NCBI GenBank assembly: GCA_048498035.1
Contig: JBEHYT010000005.1
Span: 107,919 to 171,918 of the forward strand
Length of the DNA stretch: 64,000 nucleotides
Source of the DNA: Bacteroidota bacterium
GTDB taxonomy: Bacteria; Bacteroidota; Bacteroidia; Chitinophagales; Chitinophagaceae
Direction of reading: 5' to 3'
This document shows, in pieces, positions 8,816-17,386 of this stretch; position 1 is the first letter of the stretch; each line of letters opens with the position of its first letter. The position numbers and the translations under genes are program-made. Below the pieces are notes generated by a model, which saw only the letters and a list, made by a program, of their open reading frames with translations, was not told the DNA's origin and did not search any database.

Positions 8816-9613
8816 ATGCTTACGGTATTTGGTTACCTGGCTTCGGTTCTTATTGGCGTTTCCCTTGGACTTATCGGTGGTGGCGGCTCTATTTTAACCG
8901 TGCCGGTTCTTGTTTATTTATTTCATGTATCACCCTCCCTTGCTACTTCCTATTCACTTTTTGTAGTGGGTAGCACCAGCCTGATTGGCGCCTGGCGTAA
9001 TTACCGGGAACACCAGGTAAATGTAAGAACAGCCTTGTTTTTCGGCATCACGTCTATTATTACCATCCTGCTCACCCGCCGGTTCCTGATCCCGGTGATT
9101 CCAGAGATTCTTTTTAACTGGGGCAACTTTCCCGTTTCCTGGAACCTGGTTACAATGCTGCTTTTTGCGGTATTAATGGTTGCGGCATCCGTTTCCATGA
9201 TTCGGCCAATGGCCGTTGCAGGCGTTTCCAGCCCTGTGGCTGCCGGTAATGCGCAATGGCGCCTGATGGTGTACGGGGTGGCGATAGGGCTGGTTACGGG
9301 CTTCCTGGGGGCAGGGGGAGGGTTCCTGCTGATACCTGCACTTATCCTGCTGGTGCGGTTACCCGTAAAAACTGCAATTGGCACATCGCTCCTGATTATC
9401 GCACTTAACTCGCTAATTGGTTTTTCCGGGGATATCGGGCATCACCCCATCGAATGGGCATTCCTGGCCCGCATTACAGCACTCGCCATCGCCGGCGTGG
9501 TGATCGGCAGTGCAATCGGGAAGAAAATCAACGGGGCGCGACTCAAAACTGGGTTTGGCTGGTTTGTATTGCTGATGGGCATTTACATCCTGGTGCGCGA
9601 ACTCGTAAAATAA
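8816..9613 (+). CDS. Sulfite exporter TauE/SafE family membrane protein
   Basis: Polytopic membrane protein with the duplicated G-rich TauE motifs (GLIGGGGSILTVPVL and GFLGAGGGFLLIPAL). The start is moved to the ATG at 8816. Confidence 0.85.
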   Translation: MLTVFGYLASVLIGVSLGLIGGGGSILTVPVLVYLFHVSPSLATSYSLFVVGSTSLIGAWRNYREHQVNVRTALFFGITSIITILLTRRFLIPVIPEILFNWGNFPVSWNLVTMLLFAVLMVAASVSMIRPMAVAGVSSPVAAGNAQWRLMVYGVAIGLVTGFLGAGGGFLLIPALILLVRLPVKTAIGTSLLIIALNSLIGFSGDIGHHPIEWAFLARITALAIAGVVIGSAIGKKINGARLKTGFGWFVLLMGIYILVRELVK

Positions 9614-9624
9614 TCAGTTCCCTA

Positions 9625-9640
9625 TGTGATTGAAATCACC
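9625..9640. promoter_or_regulatory. CRP/FNR-type box TGTGA-N6-TCACC upstream of the dioxygenase-rhodanese gene
   Basis: TGTGATTGAAATCACC has one mismatch to TGTGA-N6-TCACA and lies 59 nt upstream of the ATG at 9699. Confidence 0.5.
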
Positions 9641-9698
9641 AATTCCGTTTTATAAACAATAGACATTTACAGCATCAAAAAACTTTAAATCAATTTGT

Positions 9699-11114
9699 AT
9701 GCGTGTTGAACAGATCTATACCGGTTGCCTTGCACAAGGCGCATATTATATCGAAAGCAACGGCGAAGCCGCCGTAATTGACCCGCTGCGCGAAGTGGGC
9801 GCTTACCTGCAGCGTGCAGAACAGGATCATTCCAAAATCCGCTATGTGCTCGAAACCCATTTTCATGCAGATTTTGTAAGTGGCCACCTTGACCTGGCTG
9901 AAAAAACTGGAGCCACCATTGTGTATGGTCCCACGGCAAAACCGGGCTTTAATGCCCATATTGCCAAAGATGGCGAGCGGTTGAAACTGGGAAATATTTC
10001 CATTGAAATATTACACACGCCCGGTCATACTATGGAGAGCACCTGCTATTTGCTCTATGATGAGCAGGAAAAACCAACGGCTCTCTTTACCGGCGATACA
10101 TTATTTATCGGTGATGTAGGGCGGCCGGACCTGGCTCAAAAACTGGTATCAGACCTCACACAGGATAAACTGGCATCTTACCTGTATGATTCGCTACGCA
10201 ATAAAATATTGCCGCTGCCGGACGATATTACTGTATATCCCGCGCACGGTGCAGGATCTGCCTGCGGCAAAAATATGAGTCGGGAAACAACCGATACGCT
10301 GGGTCACCAGAAAATGGTGAACTATGCGCTGCAACCGATGACCCGCGAAGAGTTTATCAGCAAAGTAACAGAAGGTTTGATGCCGCCGCCCAGCTATTTC
10401 CCGGCCAACGTGCTGATGAATATCCAGGGCTATGAAGGAATTGATACGGTATTAAAACGCGGTTTGCAGGCCCTTACTCCTGCCGGCTTTGAAGCGGCGG
10501 CTACAGAAACCGGTGCGTTGATCCTGGATACGAGGAATGCGCAGGATTTTGCTGCAGGCTTTATCCCCGGCTCCATCAATATTGGTATTGATGGAAACTT
10601 CGCACCCTGGGTGGGCGCGCTGGTGCCCGATATCCGCCAGGAAATTCTGCTGATTACGGACGAAGGCAGGGAAGAAGAAGTGGTGACGCGTTTGGCACGC
10701 GTTGGATATGATCACGCCATTGGTTATTTGGCCGGTGGGTTCAAGGCGTGGAAAAACGCGGGCCTTGATACAGACCAGATCGTATCGGTAAGCGCAGCAG
10801 ACCTCGCTATAAAATTTGATCAACCCGGCATTGCCGTCCTGGATGTCAGGAAAAAAAGTGAATACCTGTCGGAGCATATTGTAGGCGCTGAGAATATGCC
10901 GCTGGATTATATCAATGAATATTTTACCGGCCTGGATGAGCACAAGCCGTATTACGTGCATTGTGCAGGAGGCTATCGCTCCATGATCTTTATTTCCATT
11001 CTTCGGGCACGCGGATACCGCAACCTGGTGGATGTAAAGGGAGGATTTAAAAGCATCAAAGAATCAGGGCTTTTCCCGATAACTGATTACGTGTGTCCAA
11101 CCACACTTTTATAA
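9699..11114 (+). CDS. MBL-fold persulfide-dioxygenase-like enzyme fused to two rhodanese domains
   Basis: Metallo-beta-lactamase motif THFHADFVSG and HTPGHT. The C-terminal rhodanese domain has the active-site loop HCAGGYRS. Confidence 0.88.
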   Translation: MRVEQIYTGCLAQGAYYIESNGEAAVIDPLREVGAYLQRAEQDHSKIRYVLETHFHADFVSGHLDLAEKTGATIVYGPTAKPGFNAHIAKDGERLKLGNISIEILHTPGHTMESTCYLLYDEQEKPTALFTGDTLFIGDVGRPDLAQKLVSDLTQDKLASYLYDSLRNKILPLPDDITVYPAHGAGSACGKNMSRETTDTLGHQKMVNYALQPMTREEFISKVTEGLMPPPSYFPANVLMNIQGYEGIDTVLKRGLQALTPAGFEAAATETGALILDTRNAQDFAAGFIPGSINIGIDGNFAPWVGALVPDIRQEILLITDEGREEEVVTRLARVGYDHAIGYLAGGFKAWKNAGLDTDQIVSVSAADLAIKFDQPGIAVLDVRKKSEYLSEHIVGAENMPLDYINEYFTGLDEHKPYYVHCAGGYRSMIFISILRARGYRNLVDVKGGFKSIKESGLFPITDYVCPTTLL

Positions 11115-11132
11115 AAACCTGGTAACAAAAAA

Positions 11133-11789
11133 ATGATGAATATGGAATCAACTACTCTTCCCAGGGTTGGGGATACCGCACCGGATTTTGACGCGGTGAC
11201 AACCATCGGCAAACTTCGTTTTTCAGATTATAATAAAGGAAGTTGGGTGATCCTGTTCTCCCATCCTGCGGATTTTACACCTGTGTGTACTACGGAAATG
11301 ACCGCTTTTGCAAGGGATAAGGAATTCTTTGCAGAGCATAATACCAAATTACTGGGTCTTAGTATTGATAGTATTCATGCACACATTGCCTGGGTGAATG
11401 CTGTGCAGGAAAAAACAGGTGTGCTCTTTGAATTTCCCATCATTGCCGACCTGGATATGAAAATAGCCCGGCTCTATGGTATGCTTCAGCCGGGGGAAAG
11501 TGAAACGGCTGCTGTGCGTGCGGTATTTATTATTGATCCCACCGGCAGGATTCGCCTGTTGATGTATTACCCGTTGAATGTAGGACGGAATATGGAGGAG
11601 ATCAAACGTGCCTTGCTGGCGCTTCGGTTTTCTGACAAAAACAAAGTGGCGATGCCGGTAAACTGGCAGCCGGGTGATAAGGTGATTGTTGGCGCACCTC
11701 GCACGCTGGCAGAACTGGAAGCCCGTAAAGCAGATAATTCACTTGAAAAGACAGATTGGTACCTGGCCAAAAAGGCCATACCAGCCTGA
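11133..11789 (+). CDS. Peroxiredoxin (1-Cys/Prx6-like)
   Basis: Peroxidatic cysteine motif HPADFTPVCTTE. Length and C-terminal extension fit Prx6-type enzymes. Confidence 0.9.
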   Translation: MMNMESTTLPRVGDTAPDFDAVTTIGKLRFSDYNKGSWVILFSHPADFTPVCTTEMTAFARDKEFFAEHNTKLLGLSIDSIHAHIAWVNAVQEKTGVLFEFPIIADLDMKIARLYGMLQPGESETAAVRAVFIIDPTGRIRLLMYYPLNVGRNMEEIKRALLALRFSDKNKVAMPVNWQPGDKVIVGAPRTLAELEARKADNSLEKTDWYLAKKAIPA

Positions 11790-11825
11790 ATAAATTAAAA
11801 CAGTACAGTTAAAGAAAAAAATAGC

Positions 11826-12140
11826 ATGGGAATTCTATCACGTATTTTCAAACCGGCGGTGAAGCCGGATTATACGGCGCTGATCCGTGAGGGTGCAGTA
11901 ATCGTGGATGTTCGCAGTTCGGGTGAATTTGCCGGAGGGCATATTCCTGGCAGCATCAATATCCCGCTGGACAGGATACAGGGAAAAATGGCTGAATTGA
12001 AGAAGTCGGGCAGAGCCGTCATCACCTGCTGCAGAAGTGGCAACCGGAGCGGGATGGCAAAAAGTATCCTTGCCGCTGCCGGTATCCGGGTGGTGAATGG
12101 TGGTGCATGGACATCTCTTCAACATCAAATCAGGAAATGA
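11826..12140 (+). CDS. Single-domain rhodanese sulfurtransferase
   Basis: 104 aa with GHIPGSINIP and the active-site loop CCRSGNRS. Confidence 0.88.
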   Translation: MGILSRIFKPAVKPDYTALIREGAVIVDVRSSGEFAGGHIPGSINIPLDRIQGKMAELKKSGRAVITCCRSGNRSGMAKSILAAAGIRVVNGGAWTSLQHQIRK

Positions 12141-12141
12141 T

Positions 12142-12702
12142 ATGTTGGAGTGGATCAAACAACCCTGGCCATGGTATGTGGCAGGGCCTTTAATTGGATT
12201 AATGGTGCCCGCATTGTTGCTGGTGGGAAACAAACATTTTGGTCTTTCTGCCAATTTACGTCATGCCTGTGCGGCCTGCCTGCCGTCGAACATCCCATTT
12301 TTTAAATATGATTATCGGAAGGAACGATGGAATATGATGTTTGTAGCCGGGATCCTGATCGGCGCATTTGTTGCGGCGCACTGGCTAACGGGTGAAGCGG
12401 CTCTATCGATCAACCCGGTGCTAAAAACCGAACTGGCCGGTTATGGCATTAATGATTATAACAGTATGGTGCCGGTGCAACTTTATTCCTGGAGCGCGTT
12501 ATTTACCGTTCGCGGCTTGGTAATGATGATTGGTGGCGGTTTCCTGGTTGGATTTGGTTCACGGTATGCCGGCGGCTGTACCAGCGGTCATGCCATTACC
12601 GGCTTAAGCACGTTGCAATGGCCTTCACTGGTTGCCACCATGAGTTTTATGATTGGCGGACTGATCATGGCGAATTTTTTACTTCCTATTCTGCTTGGAT
12701 AA
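12142..12702 (+). CDS. YeeE/YedE family sulfur-compound transporter, half 1
   Basis: TM protein with the conserved GGCTSGH motif (RYAGGCTSGHAITG). The start is set at the ATG at 12142. Confidence 0.85.
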   Translation: MLEWIKQPWPWYVAGPLIGLMVPALLLVGNKHFGLSANLRHACAACLPSNIPFFKYDYRKERWNMMFVAGILIGAFVAAHWLTGEAALSINPVLKTELAGYGINDYNSMVPVQLYSWSALFTVRGLVMMIGGGFLVGFGSRYAGGCTSGHAITGLSTLQWPSLVATMSFMIGGLIMANFLLPILLG

Positions 12703-12703
12703 C

Positions 12704-13204
12704 ATGGAAAAGCTAAAAGAGAATAATACCGACTTCGAAGTACGATCGCAGGACACGATCTGCGTTAATGATTCTGCATTACAGCACCGCTGGTATCACC
12801 TGTTGAAATATCTTTTCCTGGGAATGTTGTTTGGGATTATCCTGGTCAAAGCTGAAATCATCAGTTGGTTCCGGATACAGGAAATGTTTCGCTTCCAGTC
12901 ATTTCACATGTTTGGCGTAATTGGCTCCGCCGTAGGAGTTGGGATTATGTCTGTATATCTTATCAGGAGATTTAACCTGAAGACGATATATGGAGAGCCG
13001 GTTGTTTTTGTTCCTAAAAAATTCAATCGCGGACAGGTATTTGGCGGTGTATTGTTTGGATTGGGATGGGCACTTACCGGCGCTTGCCCCGGACCTCTTT
13101 TTGCGCAGGTGGGCTTTGGTGCAACCGTGGTGCTGGTTGTATTACTTAGTGCAGTTGCAGGCACCTGGGTATATGGCAGATTCCGCGAACGGTTACCACA
13201 TTAG
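12704..13204 (+). CDS. YeeE/YedE family (DUF395-like) transporter, half 2
   Basis: TM protein with a GWALTGACPG motif, adjacent to its partner half. The ATG at 12704 follows the upstream stop directly. Confidence 0.8.
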   Translation: MEKLKENNTDFEVRSQDTICVNDSALQHRWYHLLKYLFLGMLFGIILVKAEIISWFRIQEMFRFQSFHMFGVIGSAVGVGIMSVYLIRRFNLKTIYGEPVVFVPKKFNRGQVFGGVLFGLGWALTGACPGPLFAQVGFGATVVLVVLLSAVAGTWVYGRFRERLPH

Positions 13205-13223
13205 ATGACTTAAATGAAATGGG

Positions 13224-13979
13224 ATGCGTTCTGTTTTGCGCGTACACGCGATACGGATGGGAATGGTATTGCTGTTGCTATTGGGTTGGTATAATCGATC
13301 TGTTGCACAATCCAATGTAAATACCTGGTTTCGGATCACAGGAAATTATCATGTAAATAATAAAGTGGCGGCAGGCCTGGAATTGCAGCACCGGCGGCAA
13401 CAGGATGCGGCGGGTGGCAGTCCGCTGGAAAGCAGCCTGCTATCATCTCTACGCAGTTGGGTATATGTTAAGTTGAATAACTGCGTTACGATCAATTTAT
13501 CTCCTATTGCGTTTTATAAGTTGTACCCCGTACTGCACCAGGTGGCGCATCCTAAACCCGGGCAGAACGAAATACGAATAAGTGCGGGCGTTTCCCTGCG
13601 GTTTCCAATGCAACATCGCTGGGGCATAGGTATGCGGGTGTTAGAGGAATTTCGTGATTTTTCGGTTGCCTCAAGTATGCTCCGCAGCCGGTTGCGTTTG
13701 GATGCAGACCGCGGGTTTGGAAACGGATTTCGCGTGGGTGCGCAGATCGAGGTTCTGTATGGGAATAATCTTTCAGGTAGCAATTTCAATTTTGATCATA
13801 GTCGGGCGGGCATCTCTATCGGGCATCTGGGCCGGCGTCATACCAATGTAGAATTCGGTTATCTGCATATTGTGAGAAAGATGCCGACGGGTGAGGGCAT
13901 ATTAGGCGAAAACTGTTTTACGTTTTCCACCGCCTTTTCATTCTATCGGCAGCACAAAAAAAAATTGGCCGCTCCATGA
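13224..13979 (+). CDS. Probable outer-membrane protein, DUF2490-like
   Basis: Signal peptide ending in VAQS and a beta-rich repetitive pattern (NTWFRITGNYHVNNKVAAGLELQHRRQ). The family assignment is from memory and the start codon is uncertain. Confidence 0.5.
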   Translation: MRSVLRVHAIRMGMVLLLLLGWYNRSVAQSNVNTWFRITGNYHVNNKVAAGLELQHRRQQDAAGGSPLESSLLSSLRSWVYVKLNNCVTINLSPIAFYKLYPVLHQVAHPKPGQNEIRISAGVSLRFPMQHRWGIGMRVLEEFRDFSVASSMLRSRLRLDADRGFGNGFRVGAQIEVLYGNNLSGSNFNFDHSRAGISIGHLGRRHTNVEFGYLHIVRKMPTGEGILGENCFTFSTAFSFYRQHKKKLAAP

Positions 13980-14188
13980 GGAACGGCCGTTAATCAAGAA
14001 CCTACCACCTATTTAAGTATCGTTTTGTATTTGTTGACACCGGATTGTCGCCCGGTTGATGATACAAAGAAAATACAAGCGGCGGGTTAATACAATCATT
14101 GAAGTTGTGAAAGGCTTGTACTAAGTTGAACTACACGCCCTTAGTGTTTGCACTTAGAAAAGCCCGAAAGGGCTTAAAAAATGGCTGG

Positions 14189-15070
14189 TTACCAGCTTTT
14201 TGACGCCTCCGGAACGGCCTTCCACAGGCTGGCGGCCCCCACCAGTGAAGCGTCTTCTCCCAGTACAGTCTGCCGGATGGTTACATCAGTATCTGCCAGT
14301 CCTTTTGTAAGGGCAGTTGAAAACAACGGGAAGGCGCGGGCGATATTACCACCCAATACGAGCACTTCAGCTTCTTTTTCACGAATGCAGGGCGCAATAA
14401 ATTCTGCCAGGCCGGCGCCAAAATCCAGGAAGCAGTTATAAGCGGCTTCATCCTGCTCAGCCAGTTGTGCCAACTCCCTTGCGCTATCCACTTGTACGCC
14501 GGTGGCCAGTTGGTAGGCTTTTATTAAACCGCGGTTGGAGAAATAATCTTCAGCAATGCCATCCCGGAATGGGGCGCACCAGAGGTCGGCATCCATTACT
14601 TTGCCTTGTTGTGAAACGGCAGAGCCGAGGCCGGTGCCCAGTGTGAGTCCAACGGCTGTTGAATAATCCCTGCCTACGCCGCAAAACATTTCTCCATTCA
14701 GAAAGCAGGCTGCATCATTTTCAAAAAGAATTCTCTGGCCATCAACTGCCAGTGAATGGCTAAGCAAACTGCGTACGTTTTGGCCATATAGCGATCCATA
14801 CTTTTGTTGTTGCCGGATCTGGCAGATACCGTGCTGATAATCGAAAGGGCCCGGCATCGCAATGCCGATGGCGGCAATGTGTTCTTCATGGCCGCTGCTA
14901 CAATTTTTAATGACCCGGCTCCAGGCATCGATGATGGCTTCGGCGCTTCCCAGCGCATCTACTGTAGCCCGGCAGCGACTGCCTTCTAACAGCGTTTTAT
15001 TGTCCAGGTCTATCAGCGCGGCGGTAATATGGGATCCGCCGATATCAACTCCAACTGCAAATGAATTCAT
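14189..15070 (-). CDS. ROK family sugar kinase
   Basis: N-terminal ATP-binding motif VGVDIGGSHI and GLTLGTGLGSA. The canonical ROK Zn cysteine motif is not obvious. Confidence 0.8.
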   Translation of the reverse strand: MNSFAVGVDIGGSHITAALIDLDNKTLLEGSRCRATVDALGSAEAIIDAWSRVIKNCSSGHEEHIAAIGIAMPGPFDYQHGICQIRQQQKYGSLYGQNVRSLLSHSLAVDGQRILFENDAACFLNGEMFCGVGRDYSTAVGLTLGTGLGSAVSQQGKVMDADLWCAPFRDGIAEDYFSNRGLIKAYQLATGVQVDSARELAQLAEQDEAAYNCFLDFGAGLAEFIAPCIREKEAEVLVLGGNIARAFPLFSTALTKGLADTDVTIRQTVLGEDASLVGAASLWKAVPEASKSW

Positions 15071-15096
15071 AGTGTGTATTATGGGATTCTGTGTGG

Positions 15097-17385
15097 TTAT
15101 TTTTTTGTTTGCAACGAAAGAGAATAGGGAACATCTGAGGCGGCGGAGCCGCGTGTCTTATTCGGTTGCGCGGTCATATTAAAATGGAGCCTGGCGCCCG
15201 ATAAGAGCTGTCCCTGGGTGATATAATTCTTACTGTACGCCTTTCCATTGAGCGATAATTGCTGTACATAAAGATTTCTGTTACTGTTTTGCGGCGCTTC
15301 GATCGTCACTTTTTTTCCATTCTCCAGGGTCAATATTGTTTTCCGGAATAATGGTGCGCCCAGGATGTATTGATCAGTACCCGGGCAAACGGGATAAAAT
15401 CCAATAGCGGAAAAAACATACCAGGCCGAGGTTTGGCCATTGTCTTCATCTCCGCAATAACCATCCGGAGTAGGCCGGTATAATTTGTTCATGATATCGC
15501 GGATGTGATATTGTGTTTTCCACGGCGCGCCTGCATAGCAATAGAGGTAGGGCATATGCTGTATCGGTTGGTTGCCGTGTGCGTATTGTCCCATATTCAT
15601 TACCTGCATTTCCCGGATCTCATGGATTATTTTTTTATAATAGCTCTCATCAAACACCGGTGGCATTACAAAGACGGAGTCCAGCATATTGACAAACTGC
15701 TGTTTGCCGCCCATCAGGGTGATCAACCCCTGGATGTCATGAAAAACGCTCCAGGTATAGTGCCAGGCGTTGCCTTCGGTAAAAGCATCTCCCCATTTAA
15801 AAGGGTTGAATGGTGTTTGGAAACTTCCGTCGGCATTGCGGCCCCGCATCAGCAGCGTGGAGCTGTCGAAGAGATGTTGATAGTTGCGGGAACGATTGAG
15901 GTACAAATCGATTTCAGCCTGTGGCCGGTTAAGCGCTTTTGCCAGTTGTGCAATGGTAAAGTCATCATAGGCATATTCCAGTGTTCGCGCAGCGCTTTCA
16001 CGGATGCTGTCGTATGGCACGTAACCCAGTTCTTTATAAGATGTTGCACAGGCCCGTCCTACAGCGGTAATTGGTCCGGCATTATTGGCTCCTTTCAATA
16101 CCGCTTCATACAAGGTTTGAATATCGTATCCCCGCAATCCCTTGATATAGGCATCGGCAACAACCGAAGCGGAATTATTACCCACCATAATGTTGCGATA
16201 GCCGGGGCTCGACCATTCCGGAAGCCATCCGCCTTCTTTGTAATCGTTAACCAGCCCTTCCTGCATTTCTTTATTGATGGAAGGATAAAGCAGGTTTAAC
16301 AGCGGGTACAATGCCCGGAACGTATCCCAAAATCCTGTTCCTGCAAAAAGATAACCCGGCATCACTTTGCCGTTGTACGGACTGTAATGAATTATTTTTC
16401 CCTGTGCATCTATTTCATAATGTTTCTGTGGAAACTGGAGCGTTCGGTAAAGGCATGAATAGAACGTGCGTAACTGGTCTGTGGTGCCGCCCTCCACTTG
16501 TACCCTCGATACTTCACGGGTCCAGGCTTCTTTTGCTTTTGTTTTTGTTGTTTCAAAGCTGTCTGCTCCAATTTCTCTTTTTAATGTGATATCTGCTTGT
16601 TCCCAACTGATAAAAGAAGAGGCCACTTTTACACTTACCTGTTGTCCGCGACTTGTTTTGAAACCGATCACGGCCCCGCTGTGGCTGGCCGTCACTTCCA
16701 GTTGATCTTTTACAAGGGCTTTGTCCTGCCATGTATAGGTTGAAGTAAAAGGCTGATCGATATAAATAACAAAGTAATTTTTAAAATTATCAGGTACGCC
16801 CTGCTTGTTGCGTGTGCTATACCCGATGATCTTGTGCTCTTCGGGAATTATGCGTACAAACGATCCGCCGTCTACCGCATCAATTACGATCCAGGCGCTA
16901 TCTGTTTTCGGAAACGTGAAGCGGAAGGAAGCGGCGCGTTCCGTGGGCGCAATTTCAGTGGTTACATCATGGTCTGCCAGGTAGGCGCTATAATAATAAG
17001 GGTGTGCAGTTTCTGCTTTATGCGAAAACCAACTGGCGCGGTCTGCTTCGCGAAAGCGGGGTTGTCCCACTTCCGGCATAAGCACAAATTGCCCGTAATC
17101 ATTCATCCAGGGTGATGGTTGATGGGTTTCTTTAAATCCTACGATTTTTTCGGCATCATAGGTGTAGGCCCAGCCATCACCCATTTTGCCGGTCTGCGGC
17201 GTCCACAGGTTCATGCCCCAGGGTAACCCAATTGCGGGGTAGGTATTTCCGTTAGACAGTTCATGGTTGGAAGCTGTACCCATGAGCGGGTTGATATAAT
17301 CTACGGGGTTGACAGCATCCTGTGCATACAGTGAGGCTGAAACGGACAGTAGAAGAAGATAGCTGGCCAGGAATTGTTTTTTCAT
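15097..17385 (-). CDS. GH92 family alpha-mannosidase
   Basis: 762 aa with signal peptide. The characteristic stretches SPWMNDYGQF, TLEYAYDDF, HGNQPIQHMPYLY and GDEDNGQTSAWY are all present. Confidence 0.9.
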   Translation of the reverse strand: MKKQFLASYLLLLSVSASLYAQDAVNPVDYINPLMGTASNHELSNGNTYPAIGLPWGMNLWTPQTGKMGDGWAYTYDAEKIVGFKETHQPSPWMNDYGQFVLMPEVGQPRFREADRASWFSHKAETAHPYYYSAYLADHDVTTEIAPTERAASFRFTFPKTDSAWIVIDAVDGGSFVRIIPEEHKIIGYSTRNKQGVPDNFKNYFVIYIDQPFTSTYTWQDKALVKDQLEVTASHSGAVIGFKTSRGQQVSVKVASSFISWEQADITLKREIGADSFETTKTKAKEAWTREVSRVQVEGGTTDQLRTFYSCLYRTLQFPQKHYEIDAQGKIIHYSPYNGKVMPGYLFAGTGFWDTFRALYPLLNLLYPSINKEMQEGLVNDYKEGGWLPEWSSPGYRNIMVGNNSASVVADAYIKGLRGYDIQTLYEAVLKGANNAGPITAVGRACATSYKELGYVPYDSIRESAARTLEYAYDDFTIAQLAKALNRPQAEIDLYLNRSRNYQHLFDSSTLLMRGRNADGSFQTPFNPFKWGDAFTEGNAWHYTWSVFHDIQGLITLMGGKQQFVNMLDSVFVMPPVFDESYYKKIIHEIREMQVMNMGQYAHGNQPIQHMPYLYCYAGAPWKTQYHIRDIMNKLYRPTPDGYCGDEDNGQTSAWYVFSAIGFYPVCPGTDQYILGAPLFRKTILTLENGKKVTIEAPQNSNRNLYVQQLSLNGKAYSKNYITQGQLLSGARLHFNMTAQPNKTRGSAASDVPYSLSLQTKK

Positions 17386-17386
17386 C

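Noticed and set aside
14150-14185. The hairpin AAGCCC-GAAA-GGGCTT as a terminator for the ROK kinase gene
   Set aside because: The stem is only 6 bp and the T-tract on the relevant (minus) strand is short and partly inside the stem. It is plausible but too weak to list as a feature.
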